A DNA stretch of 63,830 nucleotides, filler included, from Intoshia linei (taxonomy: Eukaryota; Animalia; Orthonectida), in the NCBI GenBank assembly GCA_001642005.1. It is 6 parts of 6 records of this genome, joined end to end, with 100 filler letters (N's around TTAATTAATTAA, not from the genome) between each part and the next. Parts side by side here need not be neighbours in the genome. Positions count along the whole stretch, not along the records: positions 23,022 to 53,541 come from LWCA01000357.1; positions 53,642 to 60,103 come from LWCA01001666.1; 4 more parts are not named here. The stretch is one strand, 5' to 3'. Every line of letters begins with the position of its first letter. Position 1 is the stretch's first letter. This document shows positions 43,401-55,226 of the stretch, in pieces. The notes beneath the pieces were generated by a model that saw nothing but the letters and a program-made list of their open reading frames with translations, did no database searches and was not told the origin of the DNA. The position numbers were made by a program, and so were the translations under genes.

Positions 43401-46400
43401 TCAATGTACAACATCAGCAACTCAAAAGATATGCGAAAGTTGCGAAGGATTCAAGTGGACAACTAGCTGCGTCGCGGAAGCTTGTACTGGCGCCATAAAT
43501 GTAATATTTTTTTCATTTGTAAATTGTTAATATTGAAAAATTAATAACCCATAATTGGAATTATTATAACTCCAAAAATGATGCTTATCGTGATATCATT
43601 TTTTAATATAAATTAGTCATTATGAAAGGAGGCCTGCGATTCCAGGGTGTAAAGAAAAATTCTATTTGTAAATATAAATTATTTTTAATCTCAGTCTCGT
43701 TCAAGTTATGTTAACTTAAATTGGTGCACAGTTTAAACAATCTAAGCGTTAAGCAATCGCCAGCCAAATATGTTGCAAGTTTACCGATCTGCAAGAAAGT
43801 AAAATTTGGGAAACGCTGGTGAACATTATTAAGATTAATTTATAGCATTATACATTTTAATGTACAATGTACATTAGGGCTATTCCATTTTTTCAATATA
43901 AAAATAACATATAGAAAATAAGCCTGATTAATTTACTGCAGAATGATATTAATATTTTTAATTTTTATCCAAACAAAACCCCGCGTCTTGACGTTTAAAG
44001 TTTTTATTTTATGCTTTCTTAGTTGGATTATTGAAAATTTTTACAATTTGTAAATTAATAAATTTATATATACAAATTCTCACCTTATCAGATTCAAAAT
44101 TTATAAAAGTTTACAAGATATGTGCGAAATATTTTTATATTTTTTTGAATCAAATGGGATAATAATGACTATTGAATATTTTGAAAGATAATTTTCGACA
44201 TTAATTAATGTTTGTAAATTCACTATTAAAGTTGAAAATGTACATATGTGTTCAAAAATAATTATAATTCAAAAACTATAAACAAATTTAAATCATATTT
44301 GTTTGTTAAATTCGTACTAAAGCTTTTTTTGAGTAAACAATAAGTAGCCCACGGGGAAAAATGAATAATTATGTGTAGATTACGAATATGTTATTTAAAA
44401 TTTTTGAAATCAAAAAAACCATAAAATATTTCTATTTTTTTTGTAATTTGGTTTGTAGGTATAATATTGTATCTTAATGTTTGAGTTTTAACTTGGGTTT
44501 GTAGATCTACGATCAAATATTATCATATATTAAAATTAACATTAACTACGATTATAAAATACGATCTTTTGATTTACAATCAAAAAACTACTATAATGTG
44601 ATTTTACCATCATTTGAACGGACACGTATAATTATACATCGCCTCTAGAACACTTATAGTTTAAAAAAATGATAAATTACCCCTTGTGTAGATTTCTTCT
44701 GCTAAATCTATAGATATTCGATCATTTTTAACATTTCCAGTAAACATACCACCGATTAATTGATATTTTTTACGGTATCGCATCGAATAAATCTCTAAAT
44801 TTTATATACAATTTTTTTCTTTGAAATACAGAACGAATTCGTTTTATAATGGCTCTATTATTTTGAACGGGTATATCATGCTTAGTCCAGCATTGATATA
44901 TCTCACTGGCTAAAATTGGAATTATCTGGGACAATTGATATTCATTGTTAACTTGTTGCCCACATGAATTATACTTAAAACTTGTTCTATGGTTGGTAAG
45001 GTTTTTAATTCTACTAATGAATTTTGAAAATCTGTCCATAATCTGAACCCCTATTTCAATCGTTTAAATGCGGAAATATTCTATTTTCTAAAATTTCTTA
45101 TTATTAATATTAATTAATTTTCATTCGCTTAACTAAGTTTTGTATATGGCTATATTAATTGACATCAATAATAATATACTTAAATAGGCTGATAAATGTA
45201 CATCATGCTATGGTACCGTATATGCATCATCTACACATACGGCCGTAAAATGTGCCCATGCGACTGGTAACACAGCAGCTAGCTGCCTTGGACGTACAAA
45301 CGCCGCTGGTGCCAGTATGATTTTTATTAATAATATTATTTTCATTGATTTAAGTTAACAATGAACCAATTAATTACATTGAAATTTAGCTTTCTTTGCT
45401 ATGACCAAAACAGCAATAATTGGTTCATGTACAAATGCTAATATTATTGCTAGATTGTTTTACGACTATGTATTTGAAAGCAATGCATGTGCATTCAGAG
45501 CATCGGTTTGTAGTTATCATGATGATGAGAGTCACTGTTCTTGTTCTAATAGGGTATTCGCTGTGGGCGTAAAATGTGTAGGTAAATTAGTACGTTAAAT
45601 AAAATAAACATTTTTATAGGAATGACCTGTGGAAAGACAGAATTAAATGCAATTCTTAATATTGATGTAAGAAAAACTGCTGCTGTACGTTGTGGAATTT
45701 TAAAAAAGGGAGTATATGTTCACACTGATAATCTTGCTTACGGTATTCTTTATTAATAACATATGTCACCATTGATCAATAATATTGTTTTCAATTCTTA
45801 TATTAAATTTTTGAAAAGGGTATAATAAGTATAGGGTTTTATTTTTGAAAAAGTTAAAAGCCAAAATGTAAACCAACACTTATTGCATGAAAGTTTGATT
45901 TCGTTTTAAAATTTATTTGACATGTTAATAATAGACGCTGATTGTACTGATGTAACAAAGAATGTCCTTGAACCTGCATGTATATCTTGCCCTAAAGCTT
46001 ATTGGGACGCTGCAGCCACAGTAAAATGCATAGGTATTTAATGAGAGTGAGTGTTTTTACACATTTTTAGCTGTAATTTGCAGTGATCAACCTCTTAATA
46101 CTGCTGTAAAATGTAATTCTTGTACCAACTATTACGCTGGAAGTGGAAATACTTGCTACAGTAATTATTTTTAATTATACAAATATAAAAATGTTTTATT
46201 ACATAGAATGTCCACAATATAGTAGTGCATGTACCGCTACTGGAGCAACCTGCAATGCTAATTACGTTTTCGATAGTGCCACGTGGACTTGCAAAGCAGC
46301 CACGTGCACTGGTACTTTAATTCAAGCTACTTGTGCCGCTTGTGATTCAAAGTTCTGGGATGGAACAGCATGCCAATGTAAATGATTGATAAATCACGTG

Positions 46401-48940
46401 TAAATACTTATCTGAAATTTAGTATGCCCCGATAATTGTCTGACTTGTACTTCTGCCACAACTTGTACAAAATGTAAAGATACTTTCGTATTTTCATCCA
46501 CCGAATCGAGTTGTGTAAGCTGTTACGCCAGTTCAGCTACACCTTGTGATCAATGTTCAACTACCACTATTGGAAAGTATTACGTTTCTACCACAAAATT
46601 ATGCCTACGTAAGATTTAGTTGTTTAAAGTTTTCACCGTTTTTATTAGCTTGTGCCGCTTTATCAATGGCAACTATTGCTGATACTGCTGTATGTAGTCG
46701 TTGTGGACCAGTACTTTCCAGTAAAGCCGTATATTGGTCAGCAACAGCTTCACCAAAATGCCAAAGTTTGTCACATTTGTTCGTATATACATAATTTATT
46801 TTAGTGTGCATAGCAAATTGCAATAAATGTAGCGATTCAATTGGTTGTTCAGAATGTGCGTCAGGAAGATACCTTAAAGCTGGTGCTAGTGGAGCTGCCG
46901 GGTCCTGCGATGGTAATATATTAAAATCAAGTATATTTATAATGTATAGCTTGCATAACCGACTGTAGCTCATGTGGTGATGCCACCAGTTGTTCTACTT
47001 GTGTTTCCGGAACTTATTATGATTCTTCAGCCAGCCCAGCCAGTTGTAAAAGTAAGTAGTAATACAATTTATTTGAAAATTTGTTGCATTCCATAAATCT
47101 TTGATTATTTTAGAATGTCCAACCGACTGTACACTTTGCTCTGTAGCCAAGAAATGCGATAAATGTGTCACCAACAAGTATGCTGATGTCACCACTGGAG
47201 TATGCGGAGGTTTTATTGATATTTATTGCTGTTTAAATGTATTTAATTTCAGCTTGCATAACTAACTGTGCTACCTGCGACACTAATACCCCATGCATAA
47301 AATGTAACTCTGCCTACTTCCTCAATGCCGCTAAAACCCCAAACGTCTGTGAAGGTAATATAACGTTTTAGTCTTACATGTAAAATAATTATTTAACTTG
47401 TACAGCATGTCCATCCAACTGTAAAACATGTACCAGCGGAACTGTTTGTACCGAATGTAATTCATCCTTCTGTTTGAACCAAAATAAATTGTGCAGCGCA
47501 AGTGCCAACAAATGTAAGACTTGCACAGTTAGTGCTGCTACACCAGCAGTCGTAAGCTGTTTAGACTGTGTTGTCAATCACGTATTGGATATATGCAACG
47601 GTTTTTACAATTTTTTCTAATTAATATTAGTCTAGCTTGTTCTGCCAATTGTCTCACTTGTACCAGTGCCACAAAATGTACAGCTTGCGCAAAAGCTACC
47701 TACTTGAGTACTGATGTTTGTAAAGGTAACTTTTGTACCATTCTACTTTATTGAATGAATTATCTAGCATGTGGAGCAAATTGCGAAACTTGTACTGCAG
47801 ATACCAATTGCAGCAAATGTACTTCAAAGACGATGTTCTTTGATGTCGCAGCAAAAGCATGCAAAGGTATAATTTAGTTATGGATTATGTATAACAATGT
47901 TTTAGTTTGCGATGCCAATTGTATTTCATGCATTGATGCCACCAAATGTGGAACCTGCGGTAAAGGATACTTTGTTAAAGCTGATAAATGCGTCGGTAAA
48001 TACTTATACATTTCACAAGTTTTATGACATTATAGCTTGTCCTACAAATTGCGTCGCTTGTTCGTCAGCAGATACTTGCAATACATGCAAAACAACCGGA
48101 ATGAACTTTGATGCAACAAAAAAAAGCTGCGTTGAATGTGGACCCCTATGTAAAACATGCTCCAATAGCACTGTATGCAGTCACTGTGAAGCAAGTGGAT
48201 ATATGGACACTGCAGCTAAACCAATAGCCTGCAAAAGTATGAAAAGTTTAACTTAAATTTACCGTGTTTAGACTGTGTCGATTCAATTACAAATTGTTTA
48301 ACTTGTGGGTATGATGTAGCCGGAACAGTTTTACTGTGTAAAACTTGTAAAGCCGGTTACACTTTGAAGGAAGACGGAAAATCTTGTGTAGGTTAGTAAA
48401 ATTAATTATCTAAACTAATATTGGTAAATTCAGCATGTTCAAGTGGATGCAAATCGTGCATTGATCCAAAGCCAATATGCAAAACATGCTCTACTGGATT
48501 TATCCCAAGTTTTAAACAATTAAATTGTGGAGCTAAATCTTGTTTCTTGTGTGACACTCTTAAAGGCGCAAATTGTACCAGTGGAGCTGCCAACTTTACT
48601 CATGGCGGATGTCCCTATGATTGTTTGGTAATATTTTAAATTTTCACATTTTTAATTTCAAATTTATAAATCTTTTAGATTGAAGAAAATTTAAAGACTA
48701 AAAGAATGTTCAGAGGATGTTCGAAAGGAAAATGTACTCCTGAAAATAAAATAAAAATGTGTAAAACTGTAAAAAATATAACGGTAGTATGTCATTTTAT
48801 ATCCATAATTTTTTTTCTAGGTATGCGAAAGGTGTTGTGATACACCATTGTGCAACCACGGTGGAATTTCTTCCAGCTTTAATGTCGCATACAATTTCTT
48901 TATTGTTATGTTTATTTTGATTTTAAATGTAGTTTTATAA
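40423..48940 (+). CDS. Large secreted CXXC/furin-like-repeat (VSP-like) surface protein with C-terminal Ly6/uPAR domain and GPI signal; about 39 exons
   Basis: Exons 40423-40450, 40491-40520 and 40644-40757 give the signal peptide MNISGFFCIVFISICAFGIDA-QTKC. Repeats follow as CxxNCxxCxxxxxCxxCxxxY..C, roughly one per exon. Terminus SCFLCD...CPYDCL|...RGC...|VCERCCDTPLCNHGG-ISSSFNVAYNFFIVMFILILNVVL*. Confidence 0.85.
43875..45060 (-). mobile_element. hATm-like transposon relic in a long intron of the CXXC gene
   Basis: ORF 44770-45039 EIYQCWTKHDIPV...IIKRI...LFDAI resembles the N-terminus of this transposase family. TAGGGC-type end at 43875. Confidence 0.45.
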
Positions 48941-49084
48941 ATTATATATCTAAAGTATAATCCAATATATAATCAATATTACACACCTTATTCGAAAGTT
49001 TATAAATTTACAAAGATGATGCAGAATTTGTATAAATATTATTCAAAATATAAGCTGTAGAACGTAAATTGTATTTCAATAAAT

Positions 49085-52000
49085 TTAAATTATATACTTT
49101 ACAATTTTTTCGCTCTTTTCGGAATTTTCTACCAAATTATATTTTCCAGTTTGCATCAGTCTTGTCACGCTCCATGCTATAATGATGAAATGGCAGATCC
49201 ATAAGGTTAAACTAGATAGTGAATTTGCGGGGTAAACATTCCAGCAAATTTCGATTAAAATTAGACAAATGTAACTATAAATGTAAATAATAATTTATAA
49301 AATTTTAAAAGATGTCAGTGTCGAAATTACAGTGCCGTAACTTAGGCCTTCTGGAAGATGAATAGAATAATTGGATGTTTTTAATTTCACATAATTTCAG
49401 GATATAACATTAATCTAAAACCAGTGCGAATTGGAAAATTTTACACACTATATTTACACTTATATAAAATACTTTTTATAATGAAATGTTACAACCTTAT
49501 GTTATTATACGTTGAGCCCTTGCTTTAATTTGTCTACTAATATACAATTTTAAATTATAAAGGCTAAAATAGGTTCAAATGGGTAGAGCTGAATCAGCCA
49601 TGCTCTAGACTCAAAAAATATTTAGTTAAACATGCCTAATTCCATAATGCCACCTCTCATATGGGTCTGGTTTTGACAGTTTAAAGAAGTTCCAAGATTA
49701 ACTTTGACCTACAAAATACAAAGTAGTTATCATACTCAATAATGTATTTTAATGATCAATTTAGAAAAATATATCCATTTTCGAGACCCTAACTGTGATC
49801 TCGTGTATAATAGTTTTGACGCCAATAGGCTCACTAAAAATTTGGGTTGAATTTTTTAAAATCATCAGGGAGTGAGATATACAAAAATTTTTAAAAACCA
49901 CTAGACTATGGCATGGTAGTTTCTACACCGAAAGGTTGACAACCTTACAACGACGACGAATAAACTGATTTAATAAATGAAAGGGTCTACAAACACGCGA
50001 GTTAAAAACAATATGAGATGATATTGTGATATTTATATATATATAGATATATTATAGTTTATCCTAACTTATATATATAATATAATATAATATGCTACGC
50101 TATTTATGTTTGTGTGTGTGTATCACTTTATTAAAATAACTACCAGTCTTAAAATTTTTTAAAGACCACATTTCAATTACAGTTTTTTTTGGAAAGTATA
50201 AGATAAATTTCCACCTCCTAATTTCACATCTTACGGGTCAAAAACTCCCATTGTCCCTCTTTTTGAAAATCAAACAAGTTGTAGAATTTGAAAAAATTAT
50301 ATCTTCACAGCCAAAACCCAAATTACCCTTCTTTTTTGAATGAAAACAGCCCTAAAATTTAAAAAATTTACAGGTGGTACAGTTGTATCCTGTTAACACC
50401 CACAAAAAATTTCAATCCGAATAAGTGACGACTTCACGGTTAAAAAAGCATTTTAGTATTCATATATTTTTTTTCCAAGATATTTTATTAAAACAAAAAA
50501 TGTAAAATAATTAACTGTCGGAAAATAAAAAAAAATTATTCTGATAGAGCTTATTCAAGTTGATATAAATACAAAAGTTAAACCAGAGAAATCTACGCAT
50601 CCCCGATGAAAAATAATTTTTTTTCCATAAACGCTTAGTTTCCTGATCACTGATAACATAACGGGTTAGATAGGTAGGTAGTTTCGTAAGTTGTCAACCT
50701 CTTTATTGGATCACTGAATTTTAAAATTTACACTGATTAACCTCTGTTAACATTAAATTAAAAAGATTAACAAATTGATCAAATTTAATTACCCTAAAAC
50801 TTTGTTCATACCGGAAGATTGAATTATAAACGGAATGGTATGATAATACCAAGAATAAAACTGGTAGTGTAAGGTCCTCGAAAAGAAAATTCCAATCAAA
50901 TTAGCTTGAAAAATGGGTAATATCGTTGATTTGTTTGATATCAACATAAATTTTTTGATTTTTATCAGGTGATGCGCATGATTGCTAAAAATAATGTTAT
51001 AATAAAAAAAAATAAAAAATTACAACTTCTTCATCCAATAAAAAAACATGAACATTAAAGAGATGACATGTAGTGACAATAATAATAAATGAAACGAAGG
51101 CGATTTAAATGTATATTCTGGTATCATTTTCCAATTAACAGTCCATTTGTAGATAAATATCCTTTTAATATTAAAAGCACCCTTAATATATGACACAGGA
51201 TGTGAAGACAAGAAGGGCAATGCAATAATTAACTAAAAGAATTAAATATACAAGTGCATGCAGTAAAATATATCAACCTGTACAACAGCACAAATAGAGA
51301 CATATTTTATAATCACGGAAACGCGCTTTCCAGTTTGAATGAGAGCAAAGAGATATCCCGGGGCAAAAAGCAAAATATTCATTTTTACTGAAACAGCTAT
51401 ACTAAAATGGTAAAAAATTAGAAATCAAATGTACCTGAATATACAGCAAGAAAATTTTAGATATTTCCGTATCAGCAGTACTATAGAGAAGTAAAAAAAA
51501 CACATTGCCACTCCATCATTGAACAATCGGAGACAAAAAATAGAATGAACTCTATAGGAAGTTACAACCATCCAAATCAGGAAATATTTAATTTTTTGAA
51601 ACTTTCATCAAAATTATTAATTAAAGTCTAATTTTTACCTTGAAACAAGACAAATATATATAGAAAACACTAGATATCGTGGCCAAGTAAATAAACATGA
51701 ATATGAATTGAGCTCTAACTATTTGGTGGCCATTTGATGTTATTGAGTAAAAAAAGGAAAATATATAGACAAATCCTGCAGGGTATCTAAATTTAGTCAT
51801 TTGTAAGAATTGACAAAAACACCATGAGGCCAGTATTTCCGTATATTTTACTATAATCTCGAACACCTCTTTTTACTTTGCTAATTTGTTGCATATACGT
51901 TTTCCAATCAATTTCAGTGTCTAAATTCTATTATCAAAAATTCTAGTTAATTTACATTTGACAAGAAATATAATGGCGACATTCAGAATAATTTCAAATA

Positions 52001-52103
52001 AAAATAGAAAAAAAATCAAATTATTCATTAAGAATTCATAACAATTTTTTATTTCTCGGTAGAGTATACTTTTTCGCATTTTTTTAGTAGTTCTTTTCAA
52101 CAT
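49085..52103 (-). CDS. ALG3: Dol-P-Man:Man5GlcNAc2-PP-Dol alpha-1,3-mannosyltransferase
   Basis: [11 protein letters not shown]...[13 protein letters not shown]|[64 protein letters not shown], and last exon [15 protein letters not shown] with stop at 49085-49087. Confidence 0.95.
50062..50630 (+). mobile_element. Non-autonomous Helitron fragment in ALG3 intron
   Basis: A|TCCTAACTTATATAT...ATGCTACGC...TTTGTGTGTGTG leader and the same body as the 32092 copy. Confidence 0.7.
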
Positions 52104-53169
52104 GGTATCTCAATAAAATTAAATTTAAATAAGCTTACAAATAGATATTTGATGTAATACTACTGTAATTAGTTACAATCAAAATTCCCACAAATTTTAG
52201 GAATCAATTATATAGATTTCCACCCATATTTCTTTATTGAAAATGTGTAGACGTTCAATGCACATTTTTTTGTAGTTGTAGGATAAATATTTACTTTGTA
52301 ATTTTTAATTTTAATCCAAAATTTGAAAAATATATTAAAAATTATTTTTTGTCTGGAATGTGTAGATTTATGGGGTTGAAATTTTGTAGTTATATCAATT
52401 GGAATAAGCAATATTAGAATAATTTTTTTTTAATAAAAAATAGTTTCGAATTAAAAAAAATAAATAAATAGCGTTTTTGACCATGAAGGCGTCACTCTAT
52501 CAAATTGATATTTATTGTGTGTGTTAACTGGACATAACTGTATCATCTGTATTTTTAAAAACATTCTAGGGCTGTTTTCATTTTAAAGAAATAAAAGGGT
52601 AATCTGGGTTTTTGACCATGAAAATTATCTTTTTTTAGGTTACCATTTATGATAATACTTATGAATTTATGTTGTATGAAATTCTAAGACTTTTTAATTT
52701 TTACAAAAAAGAGTAATTTAAGGTTTTAGCCGTGAAGATATGAAATTTTGAAATTGAAAATTATCATAATATTGATGATTTTAAAATCTTTACTAGATTG
52801 TGTTTTTTTTATAATTCAAGGCCGGTTTGAATTTAAAAGAAAAGGATAATTGGAGTTTTTGATCTTGAAGGACCAAATTTCTGAAAATGAAATTTGCAAT
52901 AAAATATCACTTTCGAAAAATTGTAATAGAAATATGTAATTTTTAAAACTCGACTAACTTCTTTCTTCATTAAATTAAAATACTTGTAATTCTTTTATTA
53001 AATTAAACTGGAACAAACAAATAAACAAACGGACATACATTTTTGACAGTGCGCGACACCTTACACTGTAAGGCTTACAGGGTACCAGAAAAATCTTTGA
53101 TGAAAGCAAAATCTTTACATTCATATCATGTAAATGTTAAGTAACATTAAAATAAGAATAGCTCAAATA

Positions 53170-53541
53170 TTAGGTCGTTTCATAAATAATGTCGTTTTTT
53201 TAACAAAATTAAAAAATTTATTTGATTACATTAAAAATAAATTTATATTATAAAATATTCACCATTGCCTTCCACAGTCTTTTTCCAACGTTCCGGTAGT
53301 CTATTTATACCATTAGCATAAAAAATCGCTACTTTATTGGACAAAAACTTTTCTATGTCCAATTTTAACCCTTCATTTGAAATGTATTTTTTATCATAGT
53401 AATGGTTACTCATAGCTTTAAATAGGTAATAATCAGATGGTGCTAAGCCTGATGAATACGGTGGATGTGGTAATACTTCAAATTTTTACTCCTTTAGAAG
53501 CTGAGAGGTTTTTTTAGAAGTGTGAGGTCTAGCATTGTCTT
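53170..53541 (-). mobile_element. mariner (DD34D) transposase 3' fragment with TIR
   Basis: DNARPHT...VLPHPPYSSGLAPSDYYLF...GINRLPERWKKTVEGNGEYF with one in-frame stop. TA|TTAGGTCGTTTCATAAAT TIR. Confidence 0.92.
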
Positions 53542-53641
53542 NNNNNNNNNNNNNNNNNNNNNNNNNNNNNNNNNNNNNNNNNNNNTTAATTAATTAANNN
53601 NNNNNNNNNNNNNNNNNNNNNNNNNNNNNNNNNNNNNNNNN
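53542..53641. other. Artificial contig spacer
   Basis: N-TTAATTAATTAA-N, 100 nt. Confidence 0.97.
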
Positions 53642-54135
53642 CTCTTGAACTAAATAATTGTTTCCTACCTGCACCAACTTTTCATTCAATTCCATCTCCA
53701 TTTTTAAATTTTTTTAAGAACATTTTAAACGCTTGATCTGCAAACCCCGGTTTTCCTCGAAATTTCAGATTGGTTCATACCGCTTTAGAAATAATTTTCA
53801 ATGTAATGCTTTATAATTTTGTTAATTATCGCCATTTAAAATTTAGTTACAATTTAAAATTTATTAATAATTTAATTAAACTTTAATTGACATGCCAGTT
53901 TATTTTGCACAATTGTTTATTTTTAATAAATTCATTATCATTTTTAAATTGCCTGTATTTCAATTAAAATATTGTGCATCAATTACAGTATTCACTTAAA
54001 TATATCTCCTTATTTGGATGTACGATAAATTTTTATTTTTATATTTTAAGTATTATTTAATGTTTTCGGATTTAATAATTGTTTATGAAGAAGTATAATT
54101 TTTTAACAAGTGCCAGTTTATTTTGCACGGCACTG
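53642..54135 (-). mobile_element. Tc1-like element 5' end with IR/DR-type TIR and HTH relic
   Basis: TA|CAGTGCCGTGCAAAATAAACTGGCA on the minus strand. The 18-bp DR TGCCAGTTTATTTTGCAC occurs at 53893 and 54111. MNQSEISRKTGVCRSSV* is an HTH fragment. Confidence 0.75.
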
Positions 54136-55226
54136 TAAATATTTTTGATAATCTTAATTATAAATTTATACAAATGTAAATTATTTTAATTTTTAATTAA
54201 ATTAACTGATGTATTCTCCAGAAGTACTCACCAAGTAAGTTTTCCATTTTTTTCGAATGGAATGATTAAATAAATTAGTAATATAATAAAAAAAATAACG
54301 CACTTACAGTAAATATTCGTAAAGATAGTGATTTATAATAAAGTTACAATAAAAACGACTTATAAAACGTATTATTAGTATTTTATTAATTAATATAGCT
54401 CAAAAACTACTCTATAAAATTGTTTAAAAATCTAGCAAATACTTTATAATTATTTATAGTATATTTTATACTATTTTTGATTGAGTAGGATTTTTCAGTG
54501 TTGAACAGTGTAATCGACTGTATGTATGATCGAGATTTCACTGTACATATAACAAAAATACCTCTGCATTAAGTTCTAAATTAAACAGATAAAATAAAAA
54601 ATAAAAAATTAATACCCATTCTCTTACTCAATGGAAAATACTGAATTGTTAATCGAACAAATTCCACATGTAAATGATCTTAAAAGTAAAAAAAATTAAT
54701 TAAAATTAATTAAAATTTGAAAAAAATTTACATTTTTCACTTTTAAAAACAGACATAGCATAATCATCGAGAATTTGTTTACTGATCTAAAAATTAAAAT
54801 GCAATTAAAATTAAAACTACAAATGTATAATACAAATAATATAATTACATTTCCCATTCGCCATTTTTTAACTTCATTTATATAACTAAAATAAAATGTC
54901 AAGATAACATTAGATAAGAAAGAAGCCAAAAACATGAAAATGTTAAAAAAAAAAGAAAAAACTAAACAAATAATATTAACCTCGTTACCTAATGACGGCC
55001 TCGCCCAATTCACGCCACATTTCATTTTTAAGATTAATTAGAGTCTGCTGACGTGTTTTGTTCTTAACTTTATCCATTGATAATAGACTTGTATTTAAAA
55101 TTAAAAACACATTACAATAACAACCGAATTAAAATAACCACCGCAGTAACCAATCAACATAATAAGCATTTGTTGAAATTAAATTTATTAAAACTTATTA
55201 AAATCTTTTAAATTGAGTATATTAAA

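Noticed and set aside
40423-48940. Ciliate or Giardia origin of the CXXC gene (alternative code or contaminant)
   Set aside because: The exons checked read in the standard code with TAA as stop, share intron style and TEs with neighbouring animal-type genes, and include an LU domain.
51621-51900. Apparent frameshift in ALG3 suggested by the ORF track
   Set aside because: GTA AAA AGA GGT is in frame. The track ORF just reads through an intron in another frame.
54696-55025. 109-aa hydrophobic ORF divergent from the NOT3-like gene
   Set aside because: F/I/L/N-rich composition is expected from AT-rich non-coding DNA, and there is no family motif.
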